Source of the DNA: Reclinomonas americana ATCC 50394
Lineage: Eukaryota
DNA: 48,209 bases
Reading direction: 5' to 3'
Assembly: GCA_048213135.1 (NCBI GenBank)
Contig: PS015061.1
Location: 93,172 to 141,380, forward strand
The translations under genes were made by a program, and so were the position numbers. Below the pieces are notes generated by a model. The model was not told the origin of the DNA. It saw nothing but the letters and a program-made list of their open reading frames with translations, and did not search any database. This document shows positions 36,618 to 48,209 of the stretch, piece by piece; within the stretch, counting starts at the first letter, position 1, and each line of letters starts with the position of its first letter.

Positions 36618-39268
36618 TTAGTGCTTCTTGCGCTCCTGCAGCACGAGGATCACGTACGCCAGGATTCGGTAGAACACAAAGAGGGCGGCCATGATGCCGA
36701 GCGCCTGCCCGATTGTGGCGCCGACGGCACTAAAGTCGTCGAAGATTTGGTACGAGGTGGTGTACACGCAGCGTCCGCTCTGCATCTCCTGCGCCGTGCA
36801 CCCAAAGGAGCGGTTGTCGAACTCGTTCACCAACATGGCCACAAACGAGTGCCGCAAGAACGAGATCTCCGTCACCCAGCGCAAGAACACTGGAATTTGC
36901 GACTTGAGCACCGGCATGCCTGCACGACAGCAAGAGTGAGTGAGTGAGCGAGTGCGACGGGATGCAAGAGGGGTGAGAGGGGGAAAAGCAACGCACCAGA
37001 GAACAGCAGGTTCATGACGACGAAAATGGGCACCAGCGCCACGGCTACTGGCATGCTCGGCGCGATGGCGCTGATCACCAGGCCCAGGGCGCTGGCCGTC
37101 ATGATGAGGAAGAAGAGGATGACGTAGGCGGTCCAGAAGTGCTCTGCTGTCTGCTTCAGCGGCACCATCCAGTACAGGAACACGATCTGGCACAGTGGCA
37201 CTACGAGTTGCGTGGGCAAGTCACCAAAGGCTGTGCAAACAAAAAGTCAGTCTCCGCGCCGAGGTGGGTGGGAGTGAAGGTCACTCACCAGTGGCCATGT
37301 AGTAGGCAGACAGCGAGTAGAAATTGTTGGAGCGTTCCCTCCGCAGCAAAACCTTGTCTTCGATGACTGCCCACCAAAGAGACGGTGAGTTGAAGGAGGG
37401 AAGAGAGATGAAGATGTGAATCGCCACTCACAAGCCATGGCGGAACCAGAGGCGGCCAAGAACGCCACGTTGATGACGAGGAACAAGAGGAAACCAATGC
37501 GTCTGCAGTGCGCACGTCAGTCTTCCAGTTGGGCAAGGAGAGGGGAGAGAGAAAGGCACAGACACACGCAACGACTGAATCTCCTGTTGGGAGAAACCAA
37601 TGTTGAGGTACACCACTCCGTACACAATGGCCGTTACCAATACTTGAACGATGCGAGCCAGAGAGACGAGTGGATTCCGGAATGTGTTGATGCTGCAGGG
37701 TGTATCGTGGTGAGTCACTTAGAAGACGCAAGCATCTGCCTCGAGAGAGTGCGACGGAACTTGAATCGCTCAAAGATCAACCAGAACTGCCAGAGCCAAC
37801 TCGGACCCGTGGACTGATTCGCACTGCGCAGCTCGCGCTTCAGTGCATCCGTGTCAAAGTCGGCCCGCGAGTGCGCCGCAATGTCTTGCTTGATGACGCC
37901 GGCCAGCGACGAGGCCGCAAATGTGTCTTTCAGTTGTCGCAAGCGATCATTGCGGGCGGCGGCGTCAGCGGTTGTGTATTGGGTGAGCAGGTCCACTGAG
38001 GGAGGAGAGAAGAGTGAGTGAAACGGCGGCGAAGGGAGAGAGTGTCATGATCGACGCGACAAACCAGCAAAATCGGCGACATTGTCGTCTTCGCCGCACA
38101 CCTCGCCGCAGTTGTCGGCAAAGTACTGCACGACACTGCCGGTGGCACCGCTGTATACGATCTCGCCGGCGGACAGGAGGAGGAGCTGTGTGTGCGTGGG
38201 GGGAAGAGAGAGAGAGTGAGTGCCAAGTTTGACGAACTTTGTTTGCCCACTCTCGCGATCACACACCTTGTTGAAGAGAGCAATGGCGCTCGAGCGTGGC
38301 TGGTGAATGGTGCACACCACGATGCGCCCCGAGTCTGCCAAGCGGCGCAAAATCTCGGCCACCTGCAGCGAGGTGGCGCTGTCGAGTCCCGATGTCGGCT
38401 CTGCATCGACCACAACGAGTGAGCAGACGGAATACACACACCTTGCTCCACGATCACCACTCACCATCGCAGAACAGCACATCGGGGTCGGTGAGCAGGC
38501 CAATGGCCAGACTCAGACGGCGCTTCTGGCCGCCCGAGATGCTCTTGGCAAACAAGTGACCCGACATGACATCGGCGCACTCGGTCAGCCCGAGCTCATC
38601 AATGAGCTCCTCGACGCGCGCATGCCGATCGGCCTTGCTCCACTCCGACAGCAGCAAGTTGGCATAGAAGCGCAGGTTCTCACGCACAGTGTACGCGCCC
38701 ATCACCACGTCGTCTTGCTGCACAATGGCGGCGTTCTTCAGCTTCGACCAGTCGCTGCGCGCAGAGTGCAGATGAGCGATGGGAGGAGGCTGATTAAAAG
38801 AGTGAGATGAGACAGACGCACCCTGGCTGCAGCACGGCGCCATTGATCCTCATCTCGCCACTGGTGTACGATCGCTGCTGCGACAACACCTCCAGCAGAG
38901 TCGTCTGCGCGCGTCCACCACATATGAGCGAATCAGCCTTGATCAATGCACTCCTCCACAGATATAGATCTCACCTTGCCACACCCACTCGGGCCCATCA
39001 CCGCCAACAAGTCGCCACTGTGCAGACTGCCAGAGACGGCATTGAGCAGGCGTCGATTGGGATCCGACGGGCTGATCAGCGTCATATCCTTCCACGAAAA
39101 CGACACATTCTGTCGCTGTTGCTGATGGCGCTGCTTGCGTGGCGACACTCGCACCGCCTTCACAGGTGCACCAGTGGCGCCCACGTCCGCTGAGCGATCG
39201 ATCTCAGGCGCCACCGCCGTTCCCGGCTGCACCAGCATACCCGCCGCAACTTCCACGTGATCGTGCAT
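36618..39268 (-). CDS. ABCG (white-family) half transporter 1
   Basis: AVMGPSGCGK/TTLL, QQDD, ISGGQKRRLSLA, LFCD/EPTSGLDS, CTIHQP, C-terminal ABC2 membrane domain (ISFLRHSFVAMLVNEF). Confidence 0.93.
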
Positions 39269-39276
39269 TGAGGAGG

Positions 39277-39574
39277 AGGTTGTCTTTGCTCACACAACGG
39301 AGGCGAATTGCGTTTGTATTCCCGAGTTTGTCTCCGGTTCGGCGGGTTCGGGTTTCGGGAGTGGAACGGAAGAGGCGCGAGCGCGAGCGCGCGCGAGCGA
39401 GCGCGAGTCCGATGTACGGATTGGTACAATGATTTATGCGAGCGCCGACGCATTTGGACGCGGTCGTTCGGACTCGCACTGCTCGCTGCTCGCCCCGATT
39501 TCCCGGACGACTCCGGCTCGCTCTGCTGCTGTGTGTAACAATTTTTGGTGTTTGTGCGTGAGCAAAGACAACCT
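39277..39574. promoter_or_regulatory. Bidirectional promoter of the ABCG pair, flanked by a perfect 17-bp inverted repeat
   Basis: AGGTTGTCTTTGCTCAC (39277-39293) is the reverse complement of GTGAGCAAAGACAACCT (39558-39574). GCGCGA repeats at ~39375-39407. ATTGG (CCAAT on minus strand) at ~39420. Confidence 0.6.
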
Positions 39575-39589
39575 GCTCCTTCTCTTGAT

Positions 39590-42231
39590 ATGTCGCAACA
39601 ACAACCGCGTGGAGTGTCGGTGTGGGTCGACGGAGTGTGCGTTGACGTGCCTGTGAAAAAGACAAGTTGCGCGCACACTGCCTCCGCCTCTCTGCTGTCA
39701 TTGTGTGCATGCTCACTCCTATGTGTGTGCTTAGCAAAACGCCTGCTCAATGACATTAACTTTGCGGTGCCGCGATCGTCACTGGTGGCGCTGATGGGTC
39801 CCTCGTTGCGTCGTCATCTTTTCTCCACCACTCGCCTCAAAAAATGCACTCCCCTCTCATCACGACGACTGCTGCAGTGGTGCGGGCAAGACCACACTGA
39901 GTGACGTCATTGCCGGGCAACGCAAGCCCGCGCACGGTCGCGTGTGTCTCAATGGCATTGCGCCGGCCTCTGAAGATCTCCCCAAATATGTCGAATATGT
40001 GCCACAAGATGATATCTACACGGCGACGCTGACTGTCGAGGACGCCTTGCGATTCTACTCCAAGTTGAAGAGCCCGCAGTCGTGGACAGAGGCTGAGCGC
40101 GAGGCTGAAGTTGCGCTCACTCCCTCTCCGTGCACGCGGTTGTCATGTGCTCAGTCATGTCGTGCAGATCGATCGGATCATTCGCGAGTTGCACTTGGAG
40201 ACGTGCCGCAAGACGCGCATTGGCAACGCCATGCTGCGAGGCATCAGTGGCGGTGAGAAGCGCCGTCTGTCGGCGGGCGTGGCACTGCTGGCGCGTCCGG
40301 CCGTGATGCTGTTTGACGAGGTGACGACGGGATTGGACTCGTCGAGTGCGTTCTCGCTGGTGGAGACGCTGCGACAGCTGACGCGGACCGAGGGCCAGAC
40401 GATTCTCTGCACGATTCATCAGCCCACCAGTCGCCTCTTCAAGCTCTTTGATCATGTCGTCATTCTCGGCTTTGGTGGCCACCTGGTGTACTCGGGCCCG
40501 CCGTGTGGCGTCACCGATCTGCTGCATCACATCAACTACCCCGTGCCAGCCTACTCCAACCCTGCTGACTTGATCTGTTGCGTGCGCTGCGAAGGAGGTG
40601 TTGCACTTTGCGCGATCGTCACACTCACTTTCTGTTGTTGTGCAGTCGACGCGATCCAGCAACGTGCCAAGGAAATCCCGCAGCTGGTCACCACGTTCCA
40701 CGAGTCACCTGTGGCGGCAAGAGTTGCGCCCACTCTCCTCTCTCCTTGCTTGATCACTCTCTGTATGCGCATGCTGACCGCCGCCACTGCAGCACGCGCA
40801 ACTCCTGCAAGACATTCGTGCCGGCAACCACTCACGACAGCCGACGCCGTGCGGCTCCATGGACGACCTGGAGGCTCACGATGTGGAGGCCCACGAGAGG
40901 CCGTCCGCCGTCTCTGCTGCGCCCACCGTCGCAGCAAGCAACACGCACGTGGATGTGCCGGAACACGACACTTCCTCGACGGGTTCCTCCAAGACGCTGC
41001 AGTCGCGCGTCACGGCCAACTTTTGGCGTCAGTTCGGCGTGCTGTACACGCGCGAGGCACGCGAGAATGTGTACAATCCGCAAGTGATCTGGGTGCGTGT
41101 GTGTGTTGAGTGGTGATGGAGCAGCGATGACAAGGAACTCATTCTCTTGTTTGTTGCAGATTCGTACGGCACAGGCCATGCTGATGGGTCTCTTCTGCGG
41201 CCTCATTGCACTGCGTCTGGACTATTCGCAAAAGGCAGTGCGGAGTCGCGTCGGCTCTTGTTGCGTGCCCAGGCTCCCTGGCTCCCTCTTCGTGTGTCAC
41301 TGACTGTGTGCCTGTCTGATCGTGCAGTGGTGTTCGTCGTGGCCTCGGCCGTGTTCAGCTCGGTGCTGGCCTCGGTGGAGGTCATTCCGTCGGCCAGTCT
41401 CACCCTCTTCCGCGACCGCATCTCCAACTCGTACGGCATTCCGGCCTATTACCTGGCCCACGTCATTGGTCGTTGCGTGCACAATGTGGGGTGTGCACAA
41501 CCTGCTTCCTACGAAACCGAGTCACTCACCACCATTTCTGCTGGTACAGAATTCCCGTTCCTCCTCCTGCCGCCCACCGTCATGACCATCCTCTCGTACT
41601 TTTTGATCAACTATCGCGACGGCGCCGAGCACTTTTTCATCTACGCCGGCTTTAGTTTCGTGTGCCAGTGGCCATTCACTCCTCTCTTGTCCAAGCCAGT
41701 GACTCACCCTTCCCTCTCTCCCGCACGCACAGTCTTCCTGATCTTCTACTGTGGTGATGCACTCGGCAACGCCATTGGTGCGGCTGTACCGACTGTGGTC
41801 CTCGGTGTGATCACCGGCCCGATCATCGTCGTCGTGTTCTTCCTCTTTTGTGGTGAGTGCAACAACTCTTCTGCACTCTCGAGATCGAGCGTCGCACTTA
41901 CCATTCCACGCATGCAGGCTTCTTCATCATTCTCGACACCATTCCCGGGTACGTGGCGTGGATCTCCGACATTTCCATCCTGCGCTACGCATTCGGTGGC
42001 ATCATGAAGAACGAGCTGGGCGGCGTCGTGTTCCCCTGCACGCCCGAGATGATCGCCGGCAACGACTGCCGCATTCCCACCGGCAACGACTTCCTCCGAG
42101 TCTACGGCATGCTCGACGTCAACATGGGCTTCCATGCCGGCATGCTGGTGGTGCTCTTTGTGGCGCTCCACCTGATTGCCCTCGCGATCCTCACGTGGCG
42201 CGACTACTCTCGCCGCCGCTGCAAGAAGTAA
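39590..42231 (+). CDS. ABCG (white-family) half transporter 2
   Basis: ALMGPS/GAGKTT, YVPQDD, ISGGEKRRLSAG, LFDEVTTGLDS, CTIHQP, NPAD, ABC2 membrane domain (ISILRYAFGGIMKNEL). Confidence 0.93.
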
Positions 42232-42418
42232 TCGCACACTATTCTGTACATGAATGCTTGTTAATCCTGTTTCGCCACCCTTCCTCCCCATTCACCATTG
42301 CAAGACGATTCACTCAGAGCATACATGTAGATAATTCCTCCTCCGACCAACAACACCAAAGAGGTTTAAAAAGTACCACACACAAACAAGAGGCACAATA
42401 ACAACACTCTCTTCACAC

Positions 42419-44980
42419 TTAAACAATCACAGCAGTGACCGATTGCGGCGCACTTTCTGCTGGCTCGGCGGAGATCAGCGACTCCTGCTTTGGTCGCACC
42501 AGCGACGCCACGTGGACCTTTTGTGCGCGGCCGCTCGGGTCCTCCGTGTCGCACCACTTGGGCTTCCATGCGCGCACCGACTCGCGCAGACCGCGACATG
42601 CCTCCTGAGCGCCGAAAAGCTTCTCGAAGATCTTGCGGTAGTAGTAGCCCTCCTTGGTCTTTGGCGGCTCGTACGGGAACACGTCGGCTGCGCGCTCCAA
42701 CTCGGCGTCGGAAACCGATCGCTCGCAGTGCTGCGACAGTAAGTAAGTCAGCCACTCTCCTTGCTCTCTCTTGGGTGAACAGCTCACACACCTCCTTCAA
42801 GCCGTCGATCCACGAGTAGCCGACACCGTCGCTGAACTGCTCCTTCTGTCGCCACAAAATGTCGTGCGGCAGGTACTCCTCGCCACAGAATTCCGGATCA
42901 AAGGCGTAGCGCATGACCCACTTTTCCATGCGCGGCCTGCCGTCGGCGGTCTGGCACACCTTGTGTTCGGGGTGGATGGTCATTGCCACGTCGAGGAAAC
43001 TGGTTCAACGAATGCAAGTCAGTGCTGGGCAAGTAGAAGACTGGGGGAGATGCTGGTAAGAGACGCAACTCGACATCGAGGAACGGCACACGCAGCTCGA
43101 GGCTCTGCGCAGCAGTCGAACGGTCACCACGCAGCACATCGGCCTTGCTCAGCCGCTTCACACGCTCCACGGTCTCCTTGTGGAAGGCTGCAATCAACAA
43201 AGAAGAAATCGTCAGCGATACGGTTGTAATGACGGCGCGATTCGCAGCGAGATGCACGCACCGGCCTCTGACGGCGCATTGTGGAAGTACAGGTAGCCAC
43301 CGAATACCTCGTCGGCACCCTCGCCCGACAGCACCACCTTGACGTCCTTCCGGGCCAGGCCCGAGATGAGGAACATGGGCGTGGAGGCGCGCACGGTGGT
43401 AATGTCGTACGTCTCCAGGTGCCAAATCACCGTCTCCAGAGCGTCAATGCCGTCCTGCACGCACAAACACAAATCGTCGTCAGTTTGGCTGCATCCCATG
43501 TTCTGCACTCGCGCTTCTCATCACCTGCACGGTGAAGACCAGCTCGTGGTGAGTGGTTCCAAGGAAGTCGGCCACGCGACGTGCGGCCGGCAAGTCGGAG
43601 CTGCCCTCCAGACCGCACGCGTAGCTGTGGAACGGATAATCGGCCGGCAAGTGCTTCTTGGCGACACTGGCGACGAGACTCGAGTCGAGACCGCCCGAGA
43701 TGAACACGCCGACCTGTCAGTTTGCGCCATGATGAGTGAGAACCAGGTGTGCAGTTGAATGCGTGGAGAGAGGGCGAGAGAGAGCAACAAACCGGCACGT
43801 CGGACATGAGACGGCGCACCACGGCCTTGGTGAAGGCGTCGTGAATGCCACGCAGGTCGGCCGCCTGGCCCGGCGACGGCAACCACGCCTCGTCGTAAAA
43901 GATGGGCTGGTACCACTGATGGAAGCCACCGCCTTGCTCTGGCGCCACGCGAGTGGAGCCCGCAATGCAGGAACCCATCTGTTGTCGTCCGAGAATCCAA
44001 AATGAGCGTGGAGTGATGAGAGAAGAAGAGAGAGAGAATCGACGCACAAAGTAGTGGCCCGGCGGGAACTCGGTGACATCATGGCAGTGATCCACCAGCG
44101 CCTTGGCCTCTGACGCAAACCACACACCTGCCACACACACACGAGTGTTCGGTTAGCGTTTTTCAAAACTCTTGATACTGCAGCTGTGTGCACTGCCACT
44201 CACCACCGTCGGTGCTGAAGCCAATGAAGAGTGCACGCACTCCAATGGGGTCACGGCCGGCCACAAAGCGTCCCGCACGCACGTCAAGCAGCACAGTGGC
44301 AAATTCCTGTTTGCGCGCGAATGTCAGTTGGGGCCTGGCAGTCATCAAACAATCAAAACGCGACAAAAATATGACACTCTAGCCCCCCCCAACACACACA
44401 CACTGCTGCGCCACTGCTGCACTGCACTGCATGCATGCACTCAACTCCGCGCAACAGGTTGAAAAACGCCGACACGACGCTCACATCGCTGGTGCGTCCG
44501 AGGCAGTGCTTCTCGAACAACGGTGCCAACGTCTCGCAATCCGAGTGTGATCGCAGCCGCACACCTGCCAACTCCGACGCGCGCAGCTCCTCGTGGTTGT
44601 AGATCTCACCATTGGTGACACCTGCGTGCGCACACAGATGTGAGTAGAGAGATAACACAAAGATTACGAGAGCACAAGGCGCAACTGAGCACAAGCTGCT
44701 TGGGCAACGAGTGATCGCCCGGGCGCACCTCCTCTGGCAGAGGCATACCATCGGCCTGGTTCGACATGGGCTGATGACCATGCACAGGGTCGACAATGGC
44801 AAGGCGCGCAAAGCCCATGGCCACCTGTCCGCAGGCGCTGATAAAGGAGCCCATCTCGTCGGGCCCGCGATGCACCAGTCGCTGTGTGCATTCCTCCACA
44901 AGCGCCTGCTGCGCTCGTCGGGCCTCGGCTGACACAGGTGTCTCCACCGCTTGCCCAAACAGTGCAAAGATGCCGCACAT
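42419..44980 (-). CDS. ASNS: Asparagine synthetase, glutamine-hydrolysing
   Basis: MCGIF (Cys2), [96 protein letters not shown]. Confidence 0.97.
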
Positions 44981-45837
44981 GGTTGTTTGCTCACTGCTGC
45001 AACCGCGCAATGTGTTACCACGCGAATGAGAGAGTGTGTGAGAGGAGGCACAGTGGCAGTCATGCGAGGAGTACAGACAGAGAGTAGGGAGAGAGAGATG
45101 AGGAGGATCAGTGATCGAGAGAAAATCTCAACGTATGCAGCAGTCGCCTGCCTTCTGTGTGTTCCAACTGACGCGTGCATCGCGCTCACCACATGAACTG
45201 TCACTCTCTCTCACACACACAGTCCCACAAGTGCACTCTCACTCTCTTATATGTGAACAGGGTGGTGTAGAGGAGAGCACACTGTGCGGGCAGTTGACGG
45301 TGAGTGCATCGCGCGCGCTCACCTTTTCTCAGATCGTGATAAATCCTGTCCCGATTTCGTCCGTCCGATGTTTGGATGATTCCACTCATGCTCAACTGCG
45401 AAGCTCAACCGCGCAAAGATCGAGCAGGCACACGAGGTATCATGCTCTTTGTGTATAGCTCGTCGCAGCACAGTGTGCGTGCAGTTGAGCAAGGCGATGT
45501 ATTGGGTTCGAATTGGGCTAACTTTCGTCGGTATCGATCTGTGCAATCTTTTCAAACTCGACCTCGTTTCCTCTATGCAGCTGCGCTATGCTGAAAATGG
45601 AAATGGAGAGCATAGGGTTCGATCTTCAAATCCCTTTCCCGACGGCTCACCAAACGAAGAAACCGATACATTGCAGCAAAATCCTCTCTTCCTTTCTTTT
45701 CTTATGTTTTTGTGCGTGTTTTTTTGTGTTTCGGTGTGTGTATAATAGCGTGGGGGGAGAAAAATACATCCCGTCGTCATCGTCGTCAATGCAGATGACG
45801 ACAGGGCGCGTGCGTGAGAGATGGTGGGTGGGGGGGA

Positions 45838-46943
45838 TCAACGATAGACGAATCGTCGATACTGGTCGTGAGCCTCCGAGTACATGGGTCCCGACGGTTC
45901 GCTGCCGAGCAGCAGTGGCTTGCGCGGTGGAATAATGGGCGGGAGGCGCGTGGGCGAGGTGTTAGGTGCGGGTGTCTCCTTGGTCAGGCACTGGCGCCAC
46001 TCGTTCACGTGCTCCTCCAACGGTTGCAGCGCGTACGTTCGGTAGCTGCATCACACACACACACATCAGCATGCATGCCTTGCCAGCAACAGCAACAACA
46101 ACAAGGTATAGACGACGACGACGCAACTCCTTGGCCTTGCGCTCGTACTGCACACCCTCGGGCGGCGTGAAATGCGCATGTGCCGTGCTCTCGGTCGTCG
46201 ACGCCGAGGTACCGAGCTCAAAGTGCGTCGCACGATGGAAGCGTGCGCCCATCTGCCTCTTGGCGGGCGACGATGATCTGCGCGCGCCGAAATCCTGCCG
46301 CGTCGTGCTCTTGTCGACATCGCGTCGCCACTCCTGCACATCGGCCTCCGACGTGTACCACGACGAGTGATTACGGCGATTCTTGTCCACATGGAAGCGC
46401 TCCACCGGTCCCGTCTCCTTGAACGACAGCTGCGTGGTCGACTGCAACAACTCCGGTCCCACTATATATCCCAGTGCGAGATTCAGTTTCTCCGATATGT
46501 GTCACACAAGAAAACGCTCTTTTCCCCCAGCTGTAGACGCACCATCGTCGCCCAAGTGAAAGTGCTTTTCCCTCATGTACGCCTTGTTATCGGCGGCCGA
46601 GGTGGAGCGCACAGGCGAGGTGCTGGAGCCGCGTCCACCACTGCCCTGCAAGTCGGCCAGTGCTCGCGGGTCGCGGAACGACGCCTGCTTGGTGGTCTCC
46701 AGTGAGTGGCCCCACTCGCCGCCCTCATCGCGCAGAGGGATCGACGAGCGACCGCGATAACCGCGTGACTGCACATGCACACACAAAGATGCGAGTGAGA
46801 GTCAGAGTCAGAGTCAGTGTGTGTGGCTGTTGCGCAACATTCTCTGGCAATGAGGCCTCTCGTGCAGGCGGCTCCGTGTAAGGCTCTCTTCGGCGACGAC
46901 GAGTGCTCGTGCCAAGTGTGTCTCCGAGTGCCACCGCAGCCAT
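45838..46943 (-). CDS. Hypothetical protein with repeated (S/E)TTx3(S/D)F and HFxLG motifs, possibly SAXO/Mn-motif microtubule-binding type (4 exons)
   Basis: In-frame splicing from ATG 46943. Repeats ETTKQASF, STTQLSF, STTRQDF, STAHAHF, SEAHDQY, and KHFHLG, THFELG. Family assignment is inference. Confidence 0.6.
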
Positions 46944-47167
46944 TTTGTCTGAGTGTGAGTGTGAGAGTGTGTGTAATGCCCTGTTTCCGCGAGAGTGTTG
47001 AAGTAGTTGCGCGGAGAAGCAGTGTGAGTGGGGCAATGCAGAGCGTGCGAGATAGAGAGCAAGTCAACGCGCGCGAGCACGGCACGAATTGGCCTCTGTC
47101 CCTCGCTCAATCATCGCGCACTTTTCCTCTCCCGCGCGCCTGTGCCTCGCTCTTAAGTGCACTGCAT

Positions 47168-47939
47168 ATGGAAGCCCGACGCACAGTGTTCACGCGGTGC
47201 GTTTGCAGTTCTCACATTTGCTCACACTGTCAATGTGCTCTCACTTGTCTGAGCAGCAAGGAACGCGCTCCTCCTCCGTCTGCGCAAGGTAGTGTGCACT
47301 CTCCTCCTCCTGCTCCTCCTTGCCTTCCTCTTCTTCTTCTTCTTCTTCTGCAAATGAGAGCATTGACATGAAAGTGTGATTGTCTGCAGCCCCCTCCTCC
47401 TCTGCTGCTCCAGCAGCTCCGACACTGCCCTCAGGCACCAAGCCATCTGTGCACAATGGACAGCTGCTGGTGTCGTCAGGACTCGCCGACTTTGACAGTT
47501 GCACACACACACTCTCACACACACTGCACACATCCTCCACTCATCGTCTGGTGTCATGCAGAGCTTGCGGGTGGCGGCTTCCCACTCGGCTCAGTGATTC
47601 TCGTCACCGAGGACACGCACTCACAGTACTGTCACACACTGTTGCGGTACTTTGTGGCGGAGGGCGTCAGCTGTGGGCACACAACGGTGTTTGCGACGGC
47701 AGAGACGCGCGCAGAGGCACTGGAGTTGCCCTTCAATGTGTCGGCCAGTGAGAGTGCAATGGCGGCGGTGGTGGGTGAGAGTGGTGGTGGGAGTGGGAGT
47801 GCTGCGGCTGCGGAGGAGTCGGTCAAGGCGGAGCTGAAGATCGCGTGGCAGTACGGCAAGTACATTGAGGAGGAGCTGGAGAAGGATCGACGGAAGCGGT
47901 CCATGAATGTGCGATCGGCGCAGCATAAGATGAAGACGG
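47168..47939 (+). CDS. ELP4: Elongator complex protein 4, partial (continues beyond window)
   Basis: MEARRTVFTR/KERAPPPSAQ/A...PSGTKPSVHNGQLLVSSGLADFD/KLAGGGFPLGSVILVTED...LLRYFVAEG...LKIAWQY; then donor GTGAGT at 47940. Confidence 0.92.
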
Positions 47940-48044
47940 GTGAGTAGGAGGGAAAGGGGTGAAGGAGAGAAGGGGAAGGGGAAAGGGGAAGGGGTGAGGG
48001 GGAAGATATGTGGGTGGGTGCGAAATTGTCTCTTCGTTGTCCAT

Positions 48045-48103
<59 letters not shown>

Positions 48104-48209
48104 GAGAGTAGTAGGTGGTGGGTTGGGTGGTCGTAGTGTCGTCGTGTCGGTCGTCGTCCGTTCGTCGTCGTCGTCGTACGTAGTACGTACGTAGTGGTTG
48201 GTCGGTGGT

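Noticed and set aside
48100-48209. GTCGTAGTACGT-type degenerate sequence at the window end
   Set aside because: Same read-end noise pattern after (GA)n; not treated as biological.

Overview
Gene-dense, intron-rich eukaryotic DNA (GC-rich exons, mostly ~55-110 nt introns, GA/CA microsatellites, two N gaps). It is probably a unicellular protist draft assembly; I cannot name the species. Hand-splicing gives about 19 protein-coding genes: a large USP9X/24/34-type deubiquitinase (3' end outside the window), an orphan coiled-coil/QHPY protein, RPL7A, two tandem ~55-aa MGN-start microproteins, a TTP/ZFP36-type tandem CCCH protein, an orphan membrane protein, TRMT2A, an ML-domain protein ending in HDEL, a TRAF-zinc-finger/TLDc protein, a half-size P-glycoprotein-like ABCB, an M1 aminopeptidase, a METTL6/2-like m3C methyltransferase, a head-to-head ABCG pair, asparagine synthetase, a SAXO/Mn-motif-like protein and ELP4 (partial). 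Main unexplained signals: (1) about 29 introns use a +1-shifted donor GTTG(C/A)G(T/C) or a close variant instead of GTG(C/A)GT; (2) RPL7A intron 3 holds a candidate poison exon and a ~230-nt structured RNA; (3) the spliced microprotein duplicate pair; (4) a perfect 17-bp inverted motif in front of both ABCG starts; (5) twin GC-AG introns with identical 13-nt starts; (6) the aminopeptidase stop lies in frame with the methyltransferase start 57 nt away. All gene models are manual and unverified by RNA data or database search.
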